Positions 22,601 to 33,950 of a stretch of DNA of 64,000 nucleotides are shown piece after piece. Below the pieces are notes generated by a model that was given only the letters and a program-made list of their open reading frames with translations, had not been told where the DNA came from and searched no databases. The stretch is from Macrostomum hystrix. Taxonomy: Eukaryota; Animalia; Platyhelminthes. The position numbers and the translations under genes are program-made. The stretch spans positions 1,860,001-1,924,000 of the forward strand of contig CATNEN010000039.1 in assembly GCA_950097015.1 (NCBI GenBank). The letters are read 5' to 3'. Each line of letters opens with the position of its first letter. Positions within the stretch are counted from its first letter, which is position 1.

Positions 22601-24572
22601 GCGAGGTCTACTGGCCAGAGCGGGACCAGTGGCACCGGATGCCCGACATGGCCGACTGCCGCTCAGCCGGAGGCGTCGTGGCCCTGGACAATCTGCTGTA
22701 CGCGCTAGGCGGTCACAATGGCATGGCCATCTATGAGACTGTGGAACGACTGAGTCCTGTGAGCTTACCCTACGACTGAGTTCTCATGGGATTCACTTCC
22801 TGTTGACCTTAATCCTGTCACCCTATCTTCTTTCTCTCTACCGAGCACCCGTTAGCTGCCACAGTACAGTCACTTTCACTCATCCCCAATGCGCTCGCTC
22901 AGTCCCCATTACGCTTCCGCATCCCAATTCTGCTTCCTGATCCCCATTCCGCTTCTTTAGAACCCCATTACGCTTCCGCATCCCAATTCAGCTTCCTGAT
23001 CCCCATTTCGCTTCTTTAGAACCCCATTCCGCTTCCTCATCCCAATTCTGCTTCCTGATCCCCATTCCGCTTCTTTAGAACCCCATTCCGCTTCTTTAGA
23101 ACCCCATTCCGCTTCCTCATCCCCATTCTGCTTCCTGATCCCCTTTTCGCTTCTTCAGAACCCCTTCCGCTTCCTGATCCCCATTCCGCTTCCTCATCCT
23201 TATTCCGCTTCCTCATCCCCATTCCGCTTCCTCATCCCCATTCCGCTTCCTCATCCCCATTCCGCTTCCTCATCCCCATTGCGCTTCCTCAATCTCCCAT
23301 TCCGCTTCGCTTCCACAGTCCCCGTGCGTGCTTGGACACTAAGGCCGAATCGCTCCGTGTTAATCCTAGAGCAAAACGCTGCCAAATGTGTTTAAAAAGT
23401 GCAGTTTAACAAAATAACTCCTGTTACATACCTGTCTCACGGCAACCCGATCCTTGCTCAGGTGGATCCCGTGTGGCGCATGGTGGCTCCCATGCGCAAT
23501 CGGCGCTGTCGTCACGGCGTGGCCGCCCTTGGCGGCAAAATCTACGTCGCCGGCGGCTACAATGGCATGCACTTTCTAAACACAGTGGAGTACTACTGCC
23601 CGGCTACTAACGAGTGGACTCAGGCCGCTTCGCTGAACATGTGCCGATCCAGGGTGGCTCTCACCGCCACCTGGGGCAAGCTGTACGCCATCGGTGAGAC
23701 CCACCTGTGCAGCCTCAGATAGGAGAAGGGACTGAGGAAGTAGATTGAGAGGCTGAGGAAGGGGAAGGCGAGACTGAGGAAGGGGAAAGCGAGACTGAGG
23801 AAGGGGAAAGCGAGACTGAGGAAGGGGAAAGCGAGACTGAGGAAGGGGAAAGCGAGACTGAGGAAGGGGAAAGCGAGACTGAGGAAGGGGAAAGCGAGAC
23901 TGAGGAAGGGGAAAGCGAGACTGAGGAAGGGGAAAGCGGACTGAGGAAGGGGAAAGCGAGACTGAGGAAGGGGAAAGCGAGACTGAGGAAGGGGAAAGCG
24001 AGACTGAGGAAGGGGAAAGCGAGACTGAGGAAGGGGAAAGCGAGACTGAGGAAGGGGAAAGCGAGACTGAGGAAGGGGAAAGCGAGACTGAGGAAGGGGA
24101 AAGCGAGACTGAGGAAGGGGAAAGCGAGACTGAGGAAGGGGAAAGCGAGACTGAGGAAGGGGAAAGCGAGACTGAGGAAGGGGAAAGCGAGACTGAGGAA
24201 GGGGAAGGCGGGAGGCAGTGGTAGCAGGTAGAATGGCCAGTATTTGGCAGTGATGCGTTTGCGGTGGTGCATTTTCAGTAACCAGTTCCCCCCACAATCT
24301 CAGGTGGCTTCAATGGCGTGCAGAACCTGAATTCCGTGGAGGTTTATGACGAAGAGTCGAAGGCCTGGTCCGAGGCGCCCCCGCTGACGGCTCACGAGGG
24401 CGGAGTCGGCGTTGGCGTCCTGCCGCCTCGCTGCAGCCTCGGCAACAGCCTGTCAGCCCCGCTGCTGGCCCTTCCCCGGGACGGCTCCGCAGCCTTGTCT
24501 GGGGCTCCGGCTGCGTTCGCTACTGCCGCCGGGAACTCCTCGGTGAATCTGGAGACGATGGCAGCTCTGTAG
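19659..24572 (+). CDS. KLHL18: Kelch-like protein 18 (BTB-BACK-Kelch CUL3 adaptor)
   Basis: Exons 19659-20132, 20519-20791, 21628-21978, 22354-22758, 23462-23693, 24304-24572, all phases consistent. Motifs [52 protein letters not shown]. The start ATG is uncertain (19659, 19692 or 19707). Confidence 0.93.
20804..21531. repeat. 25-bp minisatellite in two variant blocks (tgttaatccctaatcatccatcggt, then tgttaatcctcaatgatccatcggc)
   Basis: KLHL18 intron 2; switch at about 21181. Confidence 0.95.
22010..22320. repeat. 30-bp minisatellite (acgtaatctcccagatcctcaggtttgagc)
   Basis: KLHL18 intron 3. Confidence 0.95.
22900..23312. repeat. 19-21-bp degenerate minisatellite (ccccattccgcttcctcat)
   Basis: KLHL18 intron 4. 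Confidence 0.9.
23748..24210. repeat. 21-bp minisatellite (gagactgaggaaggggaaagc)
   Basis: KLHL18 intron 5. Confidence 0.97.
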
Positions 24573-24701
24573 TCTGCTCCAGAAGCATGCTTTCCCTGCT
24601 CGTTGACTTTCATAGCTTCTTCATTAGAGATAGATCCTTCTCTAATGACTTGACTGCTTTTCTAACGATCCGGTTTAAGGGATCTATTAGCGGATCGGAT
24701 T

Positions 24702-24770
24702 TGGCGTCCACCAAGTCCGTGGACTGAACAGCCGTACGCAGCCTTCTGATGCGCTGCGAAAAAGCTGGGC
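24702..24770 (+). mobile_element. SINE family 1 fragment in the KLHL18 3' UTR
   Basis: ttggcgtcc...agtccgtggactgaacagccgtacgcagcctt matches 48654-48697. Confidence 0.7.
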
Positions 24771-25599
24771 CTTTTTATTCGTTTCTTCTTTTTTTCAGTC
24801 AACAAACCTGAAAGCCCACTCTATAGTGTCTCCAAAGGATCTTGAACAAATTAAAACGCGGATATTATTTGCCCGTGGTCATCGGGTTTTTAATGGTCAA
24901 AAATCGAAGGTTGTTCAACCTGTTCTATAAAGCTTTTTGAAGATAAGTTATATCTTAGCTCAGCCTAGTCACCTCGCGCACATTCATTCACGAGTGCACG
25001 CGTGCTTCTGTAGTTTTGGAATGTAAAGGCTAACAATGTGTACAAAAAAGCCCGCAGCGCATGTACTTAAAGCACTACTAAAAGTAGTGTTTTACAATAA
25101 ACTGCAGCTTCTTAAAAAAAGCAAAAAAAACTGATTTTCACACTCGTTTTCCTGATGTACTTGTAATAATTATTGTCTTTCTGCCCAGCACTGCGATGTA
25201 AGCTAGTCGCTGATTATTGTCCTGAATCATCCTGATAGGAAATTTCGCGTCCATGTCTCACAGATGCACTTGTACTGTGCGGTGTGTACTTTTAAATTTA
25301 TCTGAATGCCGCTATTATATTTCTTTGTTTTAATTTATACAAAAATTTAAGTTTCAATGCCACTTGTAGAGCTAATTATAATAAATCTTGCGTTTCTTGA
25401 TTTGACTCGACCGAAACTTTTGCAGATTTCAAATACCCTGCCATTTATTATGTTAAAGTACTTTTTATTGCGCAATTGTCGTCACGTGATCTGAGTCTAA
25501 CATTGACTACTCACTTGCGGTTTCGCTTGCCTCAGATTTTCTGCTTCTTAAACAAAATGTGCTTGTGGAATTTGCTTGTGCTTGGTATCAGATTTCGAT

Positions 25600-26765
25600 T
25601 ATGGGATCAATAAGTGGGGATCAGAGTTGGTTCATGGGATTAATGAGTGGGGGATCAGAGTTGGTTCATGGGATTAAGGAGTGGGGGATCAGAGTTGGTT
25701 CATGGGATTAAGGAGTGGGGGATCAGAGTTGGTTCATGGGATTAAGGAGTGGGGGATCAGAGTTGGTTCATGGGATTAATGAGTGGGGGATCAGAGTTGG
25801 TTCATGGGATTAATGAGTGGGGGATCAGAGTTGGTTCATGGGATTAAGGAGTGGGGGATCAGAGTTGGTTCATGAGATTAATGAGTGGGGGATCAGAGTT
25901 GGTTCATGGGATTAAGGAGTGGGGGATCAGAGTTAGTTCATGGGATTAATGAGTGGGGGATCAGAGTTGGTTCATGGGATTAAGGAGTGGGGGATCAGAG
26001 TTGGTTCATGGGATTAATGAGTGGGGGATCAGAGTTGGTTCATGGGATTAATGAGTGGGGGATCAGAGTTGGTTCATGGGATTAAGGAGTGGGGGATCAG
26101 AGTTGGTTCATGGGATTAAGGAGTGGGGGATCAGAGTTGGTTCATGGGATTAATGAGTGGGGGATCAGAGTTGGTTCATGGGATTAAGGAGTGGGGGATC
26201 AGAGTTGGTTCATGGGATTAAGGAGTGGGGGATCAGAGTTAGTTCATGGGATTAATGAGTGGGGGATCAGAGTTGGTTCATGGGATTAATGAGTGGGGGA
26301 TCAGAGTTGGTTCATGGGATTAATGAGTGGGGGATCAGAGTTGGTTCATGGGATTAATGAGTGGGGGATCAGAGTTGGTTCATGGGATTAATGAGTGGGG
26401 GATCAGAGTTGGTTCATGGGATTAATGAGTGGGGGATCAGAGTTGGTTCATGGGATTAAGGAGTGGGGGATCAGAGTTGGTTCATGGGATTAATGAGTGG
26501 GGGATCAGAGTTGGTTCATGGGATTAATGAGTGGGGGATCAGAGTTGGTTCATGGGATTAAGGAGTGGGGGATCAGAGTTGGTTCATGGGATTAATGAGT
26601 GGGGGATCAGAGTTGGTTCATGGGATTAATGAGTGGGGGATCAGAGTTGGTTCATGGGATTAATGAGTGGGGGATCAGAGTTGGTTCATGGGATTAATGA
26701 GTGGGGGATCAGAGTTGGTTCATGGGATTAATGAGTGGGGGATCAGAGTTGGTTCATTCATGGGG
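25600..26765. repeat. 34-bp minisatellite (tcagagttggttcatgggattaatgagtggggga)
   Basis: About 34 copies between KLHL18 and FATP. Confidence 0.97.
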
Positions 26766-27423
26766 TTTAAAGTTGGTTACCGGGTCAATATTTTTTGAGA
26801 TTTATATAGGGGTCTATATGTTATGTGATATATTTCTAGAAGAATTTTATTTTTGCATTCTTGCATTGCTGCTGTGTATGCTGAATTTTGTGCAACGTAT
26901 AAGTCTTGCGCGGTAGTTTTATTTCTCAAAACAAAGAAAATTGCTGCCTCAAAACTGTCTCTTCATATTCGTATTTGAGTTTTACTCATAGCTGTAAGTT
27001 TTTAGCATCTGACTGTTAATTTGGTGTCGGCTTGTTGGAGATCTTTCTGATTCTGATTTCTACATTTATATTAGCAATTTTTGTAAAGTACTTTGATCAA
27101 CAGAGAATTTAACATGAGTATTGTAGCCATTTAGTGTTTTATATATATTTGTGTTGAAATTGTCATGTCAGTTTTATTCTTGTGCTGAGTAAGCAAAACT
27201 TAATTCAACTGACTTGTTTTTTTAGATTTCGATTGGCTTAGGGATTAACTAGTAATATTATGAAAAAAAGATCAAAATATACTGAAAATTTGATTTCAGT
27301 TGGTCTAAGAACATTTCGAATTGTATGAAGTCTGTCCCGATATGTATTGAAAAAATATTAACAGCCTACATTAGTTAAAAAAAACCCAATAAAAATATAA
27401 ATATAAATAACGAACTTATCCAG

Positions 27424-30400
27424 ATGTCCGACGGCGGCCTAGTTACTCAACCACGCCTGGCCCTGCTGGCTGGCGCCTTCGCTGGCTACTGGCTGTCGGC
27501 CAGCAGCGGCTGCTGCCTAGCCTTCATCTGCTCCGTGGCCGCGGCCCTGGTGGCCTACGCTCTCGCCGGCGGCTGGCGCTTTTTACGCGTCCTCGTTTTA
27601 ACCTTTCCGCGAGATTTCCGCGCCGGCCGGCACCTGCTGCAAACTCTGCTCTCGCTGCGCGCCATGGCAAGACGGCGCCAGGGCGTCGTCCAGCTGTTCG
27701 CCGAGACCCTGGCCAAGCGGCCGGATGCTGTCTGCTTCCGCTGCGAAGATCAAGTGTGGACCTTCCGACGGGTTGACGAGTACTCTAATCGGGTAATTTT
27801 TTAGCCTTCTACAAGTTCTACAAATCTACAAGTGATTTTTCTAGAATCCATCGACAACCAGCCTAGAGTCCACCTGCAACCAGCCTAGAGTCCACCTACA
27901 ACCAGCCTAGAATTCACCTGCAACCAGCCTAGAATCCACCTGCAACCAGCCTAGAATCCACCTGCAACCAGCCTAGAATCCACCTGCAACCAGCCTAGAA
28001 TCCACCTGCAATCAGCCTAGAATCCACCTGCAACCAGCCTAGAATCCACCTGCAACCAGCCTAGAATCCACCTGCAACCAGCCTAGAATTCACCTGCAAC
28101 CAGCCTAGAATCCACCTGCAACCAGCCTAGAATCCACCTGCAAGCAGCCTAGAATCCACCTGCAACCAGCCTAGAATCCACCTGCAACCAGCCTAGAGTC
28201 CACCTGCAACCAGCCTAGAATCCACCTGCAACCAGCCTAGAATCCACCTGCAATCAGCCTAGAATCCACCTGCAACCAGCCTAGAATCCATTGGCAATCC
28301 CCGTTAAACGCCCGCAGGTGGCCAACCTGCTGCTGGAGACGGGCCACCGTCCCGGCCAGGTCGTTGCGCTGTTCGCCGAGTCGCGGCCTGAGTTCGCCTG
28401 CATGTGGCTCGGCATGGCCAAGGCTGGCATTGTGGGCGCCTTGATCAACTTCAATCTAAGGGCGCAGTCGCTGGTCCACTGCCTCCGCGCAGCCGAGGCC
28501 ACCTCGATGGTGTTCGGCTCGGAGCTGAACTCGGCGGTCAGAGAGATTGCGGCCAGCCTCACCGACATGCGGCTCTACAGCTTCGGCGGCGGCAGCAGCA
28601 GCGAACTCGGCGACGGACCGGACGGTGTCAACGACTTTGACAGGCTCCTGGCTGGCGCTTCTAGTCAGCTTGCGGCCAAGCAGCTCTACAGACCGGCGAC
28701 TCCGCGCGAGAGGCTGTTCTTTATCTACACTTCAGGTGAGCGCCTAGTGTCCCTGGTTGATCATGAACCTTCCATGATCCTCCCTGGTTGATCATGACCC
28801 TTCTATGATCCTCCCTGGTTGATCATGACCCTTCTATGATCCTCCCTGGTTGATCATGACCCTTCTATAATCCCTGGTTGATAATTACCCTTCTATGATC
28901 CTCCTTGGTTTTATATATATACAATTAATTAATATTTACTACTTATTATATCTGGCTGGGATCCTTGTCGGTAAAATGGGATAAAATTGATTTCCCATTG
29001 CACTGCCCCCCCTCGCAGGCACTACTGGCCTACCCAAAGCGGCCGTGATCTCGCACAATCGGTTCGTTATGATGGCCAATACTGTGGGCCTGATATTTAA
29101 CATCGGCCCAAAGGACTCCGTCTATGACTGCCTGCCTCTCTATCACACGGCTGGCGGCATTCTGGGCGTCGGCCAGGCTTTTCTGCGCGGCGCCACCGTG
29201 GTCATCAGGCGGAAATTCTCCGCCTCCGCCTTCTGGGACGACTGCGCCAAGTACAAGTGAGTGAAACTTGGTAGTTATCAAAGTTGCTGTTGGGATCAAA
29301 GCTGGTGTATGGGATCAAAGCTGGTGTATGGGATCAAAGCTGGTGTATGGGATCAAAGCTGGTGTATGGGATCAAAGCTGGTGTATGGGATCAAAGCTGG
29401 TGTATGGGATCAAAGCTGGTGTATGGGATCAAAGCTGGTGTATGGGATCAAAGCTGGTGTATGGGATCAAAGCTGCTGTATGGGATCAAAGCTGCTGTAT
29501 GGGATCAAAGCTGCTGTATGGGATCAAAGCTGGTGTTACCTATATAGCAGCATTATTATAATTAGCTCCTTACGCCTCACAACAATGCCAACCAGCTGCA
29601 CCGTAGCGCAGTACATCGGCGAGATCTGCCGCTACCTGTTGGCACAGCCCAGCCGGCCCAGCGACTGCGGGCACCGGCTCCGCCTGATGTTCGGCAACGG
29701 CCTGCGGCCACAGATTTGGCGCGAATTTCAGCACCGCTTCGGCGTGCCCCAGATGGGCGAATTCTACGGCGCCACAGAGTCCAACTGCAACATGATCAAC
29801 CTGGACAACAGGGTGGGAGCTGTGGGTTTCCTCAGCGTCATCGCGCCCTGGGCCTATCCGCTCAAACTGGTGCGGATCGACCAGGTGAGGCGCGAGCTTT
29901 TTGTATGCATCCTATTGTATGCCTGCGCCATTCACCTGCCCCAGTCGGGACAGATGTGCAGTGCAGCCGTCAGCGCAGCCGCAGCTATTGCCCAGTGCAT
30001 CTGAAGGCTGCCTACGGCTGTTCAGTCCATGGACTGGGGGCACGCCACAACCACCCTCAATTACCGTTTGCCTGGATAATAATAATAATAGTAATAATAT
30101 TGTTGGTGGGCACGGGCACTGGACTCGCATCGAGAGAGAAGACAATTCTGCCCATTTCGCACTTATATACTGTACTATGCTTACATACTGCTCATCAGTT
30201 GCTGCTGGGCTTGCTGCCCGAGTGTACAGTGCAGCTCGCACCACCCGCAGGAGACCGGGGAGCCGCAGCGCCATCCCGTCAGCGGCCTCTGCCAGCTGGC
30301 TGGAGTCGGCGAGCCGGGCGAGCTCATCGGCAGCATTGTGCCCGGCGACACCCTGCGTGACATCGACGGCTACGTGTCGAAATCTGCCACAGAGAAGAAG

Positions 30401-31268
30401 GTGCTGCACGATGTCTTCAGACGCGGCGACGCCTACTTCTCCACCGGGGACGTGCTGTCCATGGACGAGTTGGGCTACATGTACTTCCGCGACCGCACCG
30501 GCGACACTTTCCGCTGGAAGGGCGAGAATGTCTCCACTGCCGAGGTGCGATTCCTCTATCCCTTCTCCTTCTCCCCTCTTGCTAAACCCAAACCCTTCCT
30601 TGTCTCTTCTTAAACACCTCGCTAATCTTCCAGCCCCCTAATTATCCCTTTAATCCCTCCGTAATCTCTTACTAATCCCCTAATCCTTACCAAAACAGCT
30701 ATTTGAACCATTTTTCTAATCTGCGGCTAATCCTTGTAATGTTATCTCTAATCAATTTCATAATCGCTCTAATCACCTGCCTAATCCCTCTAATCACATC
30801 CCTAATCCCTCTAATCACCTGCCTAATCCCTCTAATCATCTGCCTAATCCCTCTAATCACCTGTCTAATCCATCACTAATACAGGTGGAGGCCAGCATCT
30901 CCAACGTGCTACACCTGGCCGACTGCACAGTTTACGGCGTTGAACTGCCCGGAGCCGAAGGTCGCGCCGGCATGGCGGCCATCGTGGTAGAGGAGCCGGG
31001 CTCAGCCGACGGTCTCTTGGACCGGCTGAGCCGCGAGCTGCCCATCCGCCTGCCGGCCTACGCCAGACCGCTGTTCGTCCGGCTGGTTGGCCGCATCGAG
31101 GCCACCGGCACCTTTAAGATGAAGAAGATCGACCTGAGGCGCGACGGCGCCCACCCCGGCAAGTGCTCAGGAGACCCGCTGTACTACCTGGACTGCCGGT
31201 CAGGCCGCTACCTGCCGCTGACCAGCGAGGCCTGGGCTGCGATCGAGAGCGGCCAAATCCGCTTCTGA
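27424..31268 (+). CDS. SLC27A4: Long-chain fatty acid transport protein / very-long-chain acyl-CoA synthetase (SLC27A1/A4-like)
   Basis: Exons 27424-27792, 28318-28735, 29019-29256, 29596-29884, 30251-30544, 30885-31268, phases consistent. AMP-binding motif [13 protein letters not shown], plus [35 protein letters not shown]. The paralog label is approximate. Confidence 0.93.
27840..28290. repeat. 22-bp minisatellite (caaccagcctagaatccacctg)
   Basis: FATP intron 1. Confidence 0.96.
28750..28910. repeat. 31-bp minisatellite (cctggttgatcatgacccttctatgatcctc)
   Basis: FATP intron 2, about 5 copies. Confidence 0.9.
29290..29536. repeat. 19-bp minisatellite (gggatcaaagctggtgtat)
   Basis: FATP intron 3. 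Confidence 0.96.
29925..30066 (-). mobile_element. SINE family 1 fragment in FATP intron 4
   Basis: cagatgtgcag...gcatctgaaggctgcctacggctgttcagtccatggactggggg. Confidence 0.75.
30100..30165 (-). mobile_element. SINE family 2 tail fragment
   Basis: Minus strand gcgaaatgggcagaattgtc matches the family 2 tail. Confidence 0.5.
30760..30872. repeat. 21-bp minisatellite (ctaatccctctaatcacctgc)
   Basis: FATP intron 5, with degenerate upstream copies from about 30620. Confidence 0.85.
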
Positions 31269-32049
31269 GGAGCTCGCTGGCTGGCATTCGCGGAGACGGA
31301 GGCTGCGTTGATTCTTTTATTTTTAAAGCTCTTTTAATTGAAAGAATTTCTTCAATGAAGCGAAACGTGATTTGCTGTTTGATTGCTGCGAGCTTCCAGT
31401 TTTGCCTGATCATGACTGTGCCAGTGACCAGTTCAATCACAATGACAATCGCCTGCTTTTCTACCAAGCGATCGTTAACTATTTTTAACTGCCTTCCAAC
31501 TCTGCTGTGGAATCTACGAGAGACTGTGATTCTAGCACTAACCAACTCAACTGACGATTGAGAATAGTCTTCTATAATTGTTACTTTTTATTAGTAGGAC
31601 TAATTAAATTACTATTAATATCGTATATTAAGCTCGTGAAAAAAACCAGTCAATATTAGCTCGCCGCGTTTTTTTTATTTTCATTATTCCGCATATATAA
31701 GTCGCTTATCCATGGCATCTGCTTTGATTTGTGCCTGCGTAAATCAATATATACTTGCCACAATAACTTGTTTTCTATTGTGTCTCTGGCTTTTCCTTTA
31801 GCATATAATTGTCTTATCTACTCCGGATTGCTTTACATTGCCTGACGGTGCTTCCTTGAAAATAACACTTTTTTATAATCCAATATTATTGTGAACAACG
31901 GAACCGAGACCAATGTTCGCCTTTTGCATCTCTGTCTACATGTTTTTTTCATGATTTCTTTACACATGTGGGCAGTCACTCCTTGCTATTCTTTCATGTG
32001 TCTCATTGGAAAAAATTAAGTCTCATAAACTCAGTTTGCTGAGGCAACA

Positions 32050-32600
32050 GTCCCAGATCCCAAAATTTGGGGATTACACACTCCCAGATCCCGAGCATTG
32101 GTATAACACACTCCCAGATCCCAAGAGTCTGGGATAACACACTCCCAGATCCCAAGAGTCTGGGATTATACACTCCCAGATCCCAAGAGTCTGGTATGAC
32201 ACACTCCCAGATCCCAAGAGTCTGGGATTATACACTCCTAGATCCCAAGAGTCTGGGATTATACACTCCCAGATCCCAAGAGTTTGGTATGACACACTCC
32301 CAGATCCCAAGAGTCTGGGATTATACACTCCCAGATCCCAAGAGTCTGGGATTATACACTCCCAGATCCCAAGAGTCTGGGATTATACACTCCCAGATCC
32401 CAAGAGTCTGGGATAACACACTCCCAGATCCCAAGAGTCTGGGATTATACACTCCCAGATCCCAAGAGTCTGGGATTATACACTCCCAGATCCCAAGAGT
32501 CTGGTATGACACACTCCCAGATCCCAAGAGTCTGGGATTATACACTCCCAGATCCCAAGAGTCTGGGATAACACACTCTCAGATCCCAGAGTCCAAGAGT
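32050..32600. repeat. 31-bp minisatellite (cccagatcccaagagtctgggattatacact)
   Basis: About 17 copies; internal inverted repeat ctggga/tcccag. Confidence 0.96.
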
Positions 32601-32977
32601 TGGTGTTGCAGAACGATACATTCGCATTGATTTGCTAATGAAGCGTTGGTCATGAATGATTGACTCTGATTTGCTTTTATATATATTTTTTCAATTTTCT
32701 GTTCACGCCCTTGTGGGCCACCAGTTCTCCTTTGCTGTTTGTGCTTTGATTTTGACTAGCTTGTACGGAAAAGAACAGGGAAAACTTTTCCTGTTCTTTG
32801 TCATTCCACGGCTAAATTTTTCTAATTTTCTTTTTTTGGACCAGCGAAAATAAACTGATTTTTCTGATTGCAAAATCGGTTTAAAATCAAGAAAATAGAT
32901 TTTTCTCTAATTACTTTATTTTTTTATTCCGCGTTGCCTATCTTACTTCCTTCATTGAGCTTGTGTGCTAATACTTC

Positions 32978-33518
32978 TGATTGGTCAGCATTATCCACTG
33001 TGCGTTGATTAGCTAGCTTTATCCACTGTGCGTTGATTGGCTAGCTTTATCCACTGTGCGTTGATTGGCTAGCTTTATCCACTGTGCGTTGATTGGCTAG
33101 CTTTATCCACTGTGCGTTGATTGGCTAGCTTTATCCACTGTGCGTTGATTGGCTAGCTTTATCCACTGTGCGTTGATTGGCTAGCTTTATCCACTGTGCG
33201 TTGATTGGCTAGCTTTATCCACTGTGCGTTGATTGGCTAGCTTTATCCACTGTGCGTTGATTGGCTAGCTTTATCCACTGTGCGTTGATTGGCTAGCTTT
33301 ATCCACTGTGCGTTGATTGGCTAGCTTTATCCACTGTGCGTTGATTGGCTAGCTTTATCCACTGTGCGTTGATTGGCTAGCTTTATCCACTGTGCGTTGA
33401 TTGGCTAGCTTTATCCACTGTGCGTTGATTGGCTAGCTTTATCCACTGTGCGTTGATTGGCTAGCTTTATCCACTGTGCGTTGATTGGCTAGCTTTATCC
33501 ACTGTGCGTTGATTGGCT
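32978..33518. repeat. 28-bp minisatellite (ttgattggctagctttatccactgtgcg)
   Basis: About 19 almost identical copies. Confidence 0.97.
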
Positions 33519-33950
33519 GATTCCCTAACTCTATCTTCCGTGTGCTGATTGGCTCGTTTCATGAGGTTCATTCATTAAATTAAATAGTGGTTTAAAGTCA
33601 GTCATTTATGTGAGGCAAAATATATATTTATTAGGTTATGCAATCATTCTGTTTGTTTTATTTTTATCGATTTGTTAAAAGCAGTCCAAAAAATTGACAT
33701 TGATGTGATAGAAATCTACACAGCTTTATTCGTTTTTAACGCAGAGAATATAGTTAAAGAGAGGCTCCTGTCAATCAATTTGACAGATCGGGTTGACCTT
33801 GAGTGTCTCTTTTGGCATGAACCCACGTTTAGTAGTGCATGGATTCACCAATCAATCTAAAGCCACGAGATACGAGCGTAGATGTACTTCAAAATAAAAG
33901 TGCATGGGTTAGTATTTTAACTAACTGGCCTCTGCGCCACCTTCTGGTGC

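Noticed and set aside
24745-24765. Hammerhead-like CTGATGC..GAAA in a SINE family 1 fragment
   Set aside because: The core is mismatched, and other copies read CAGATGC.
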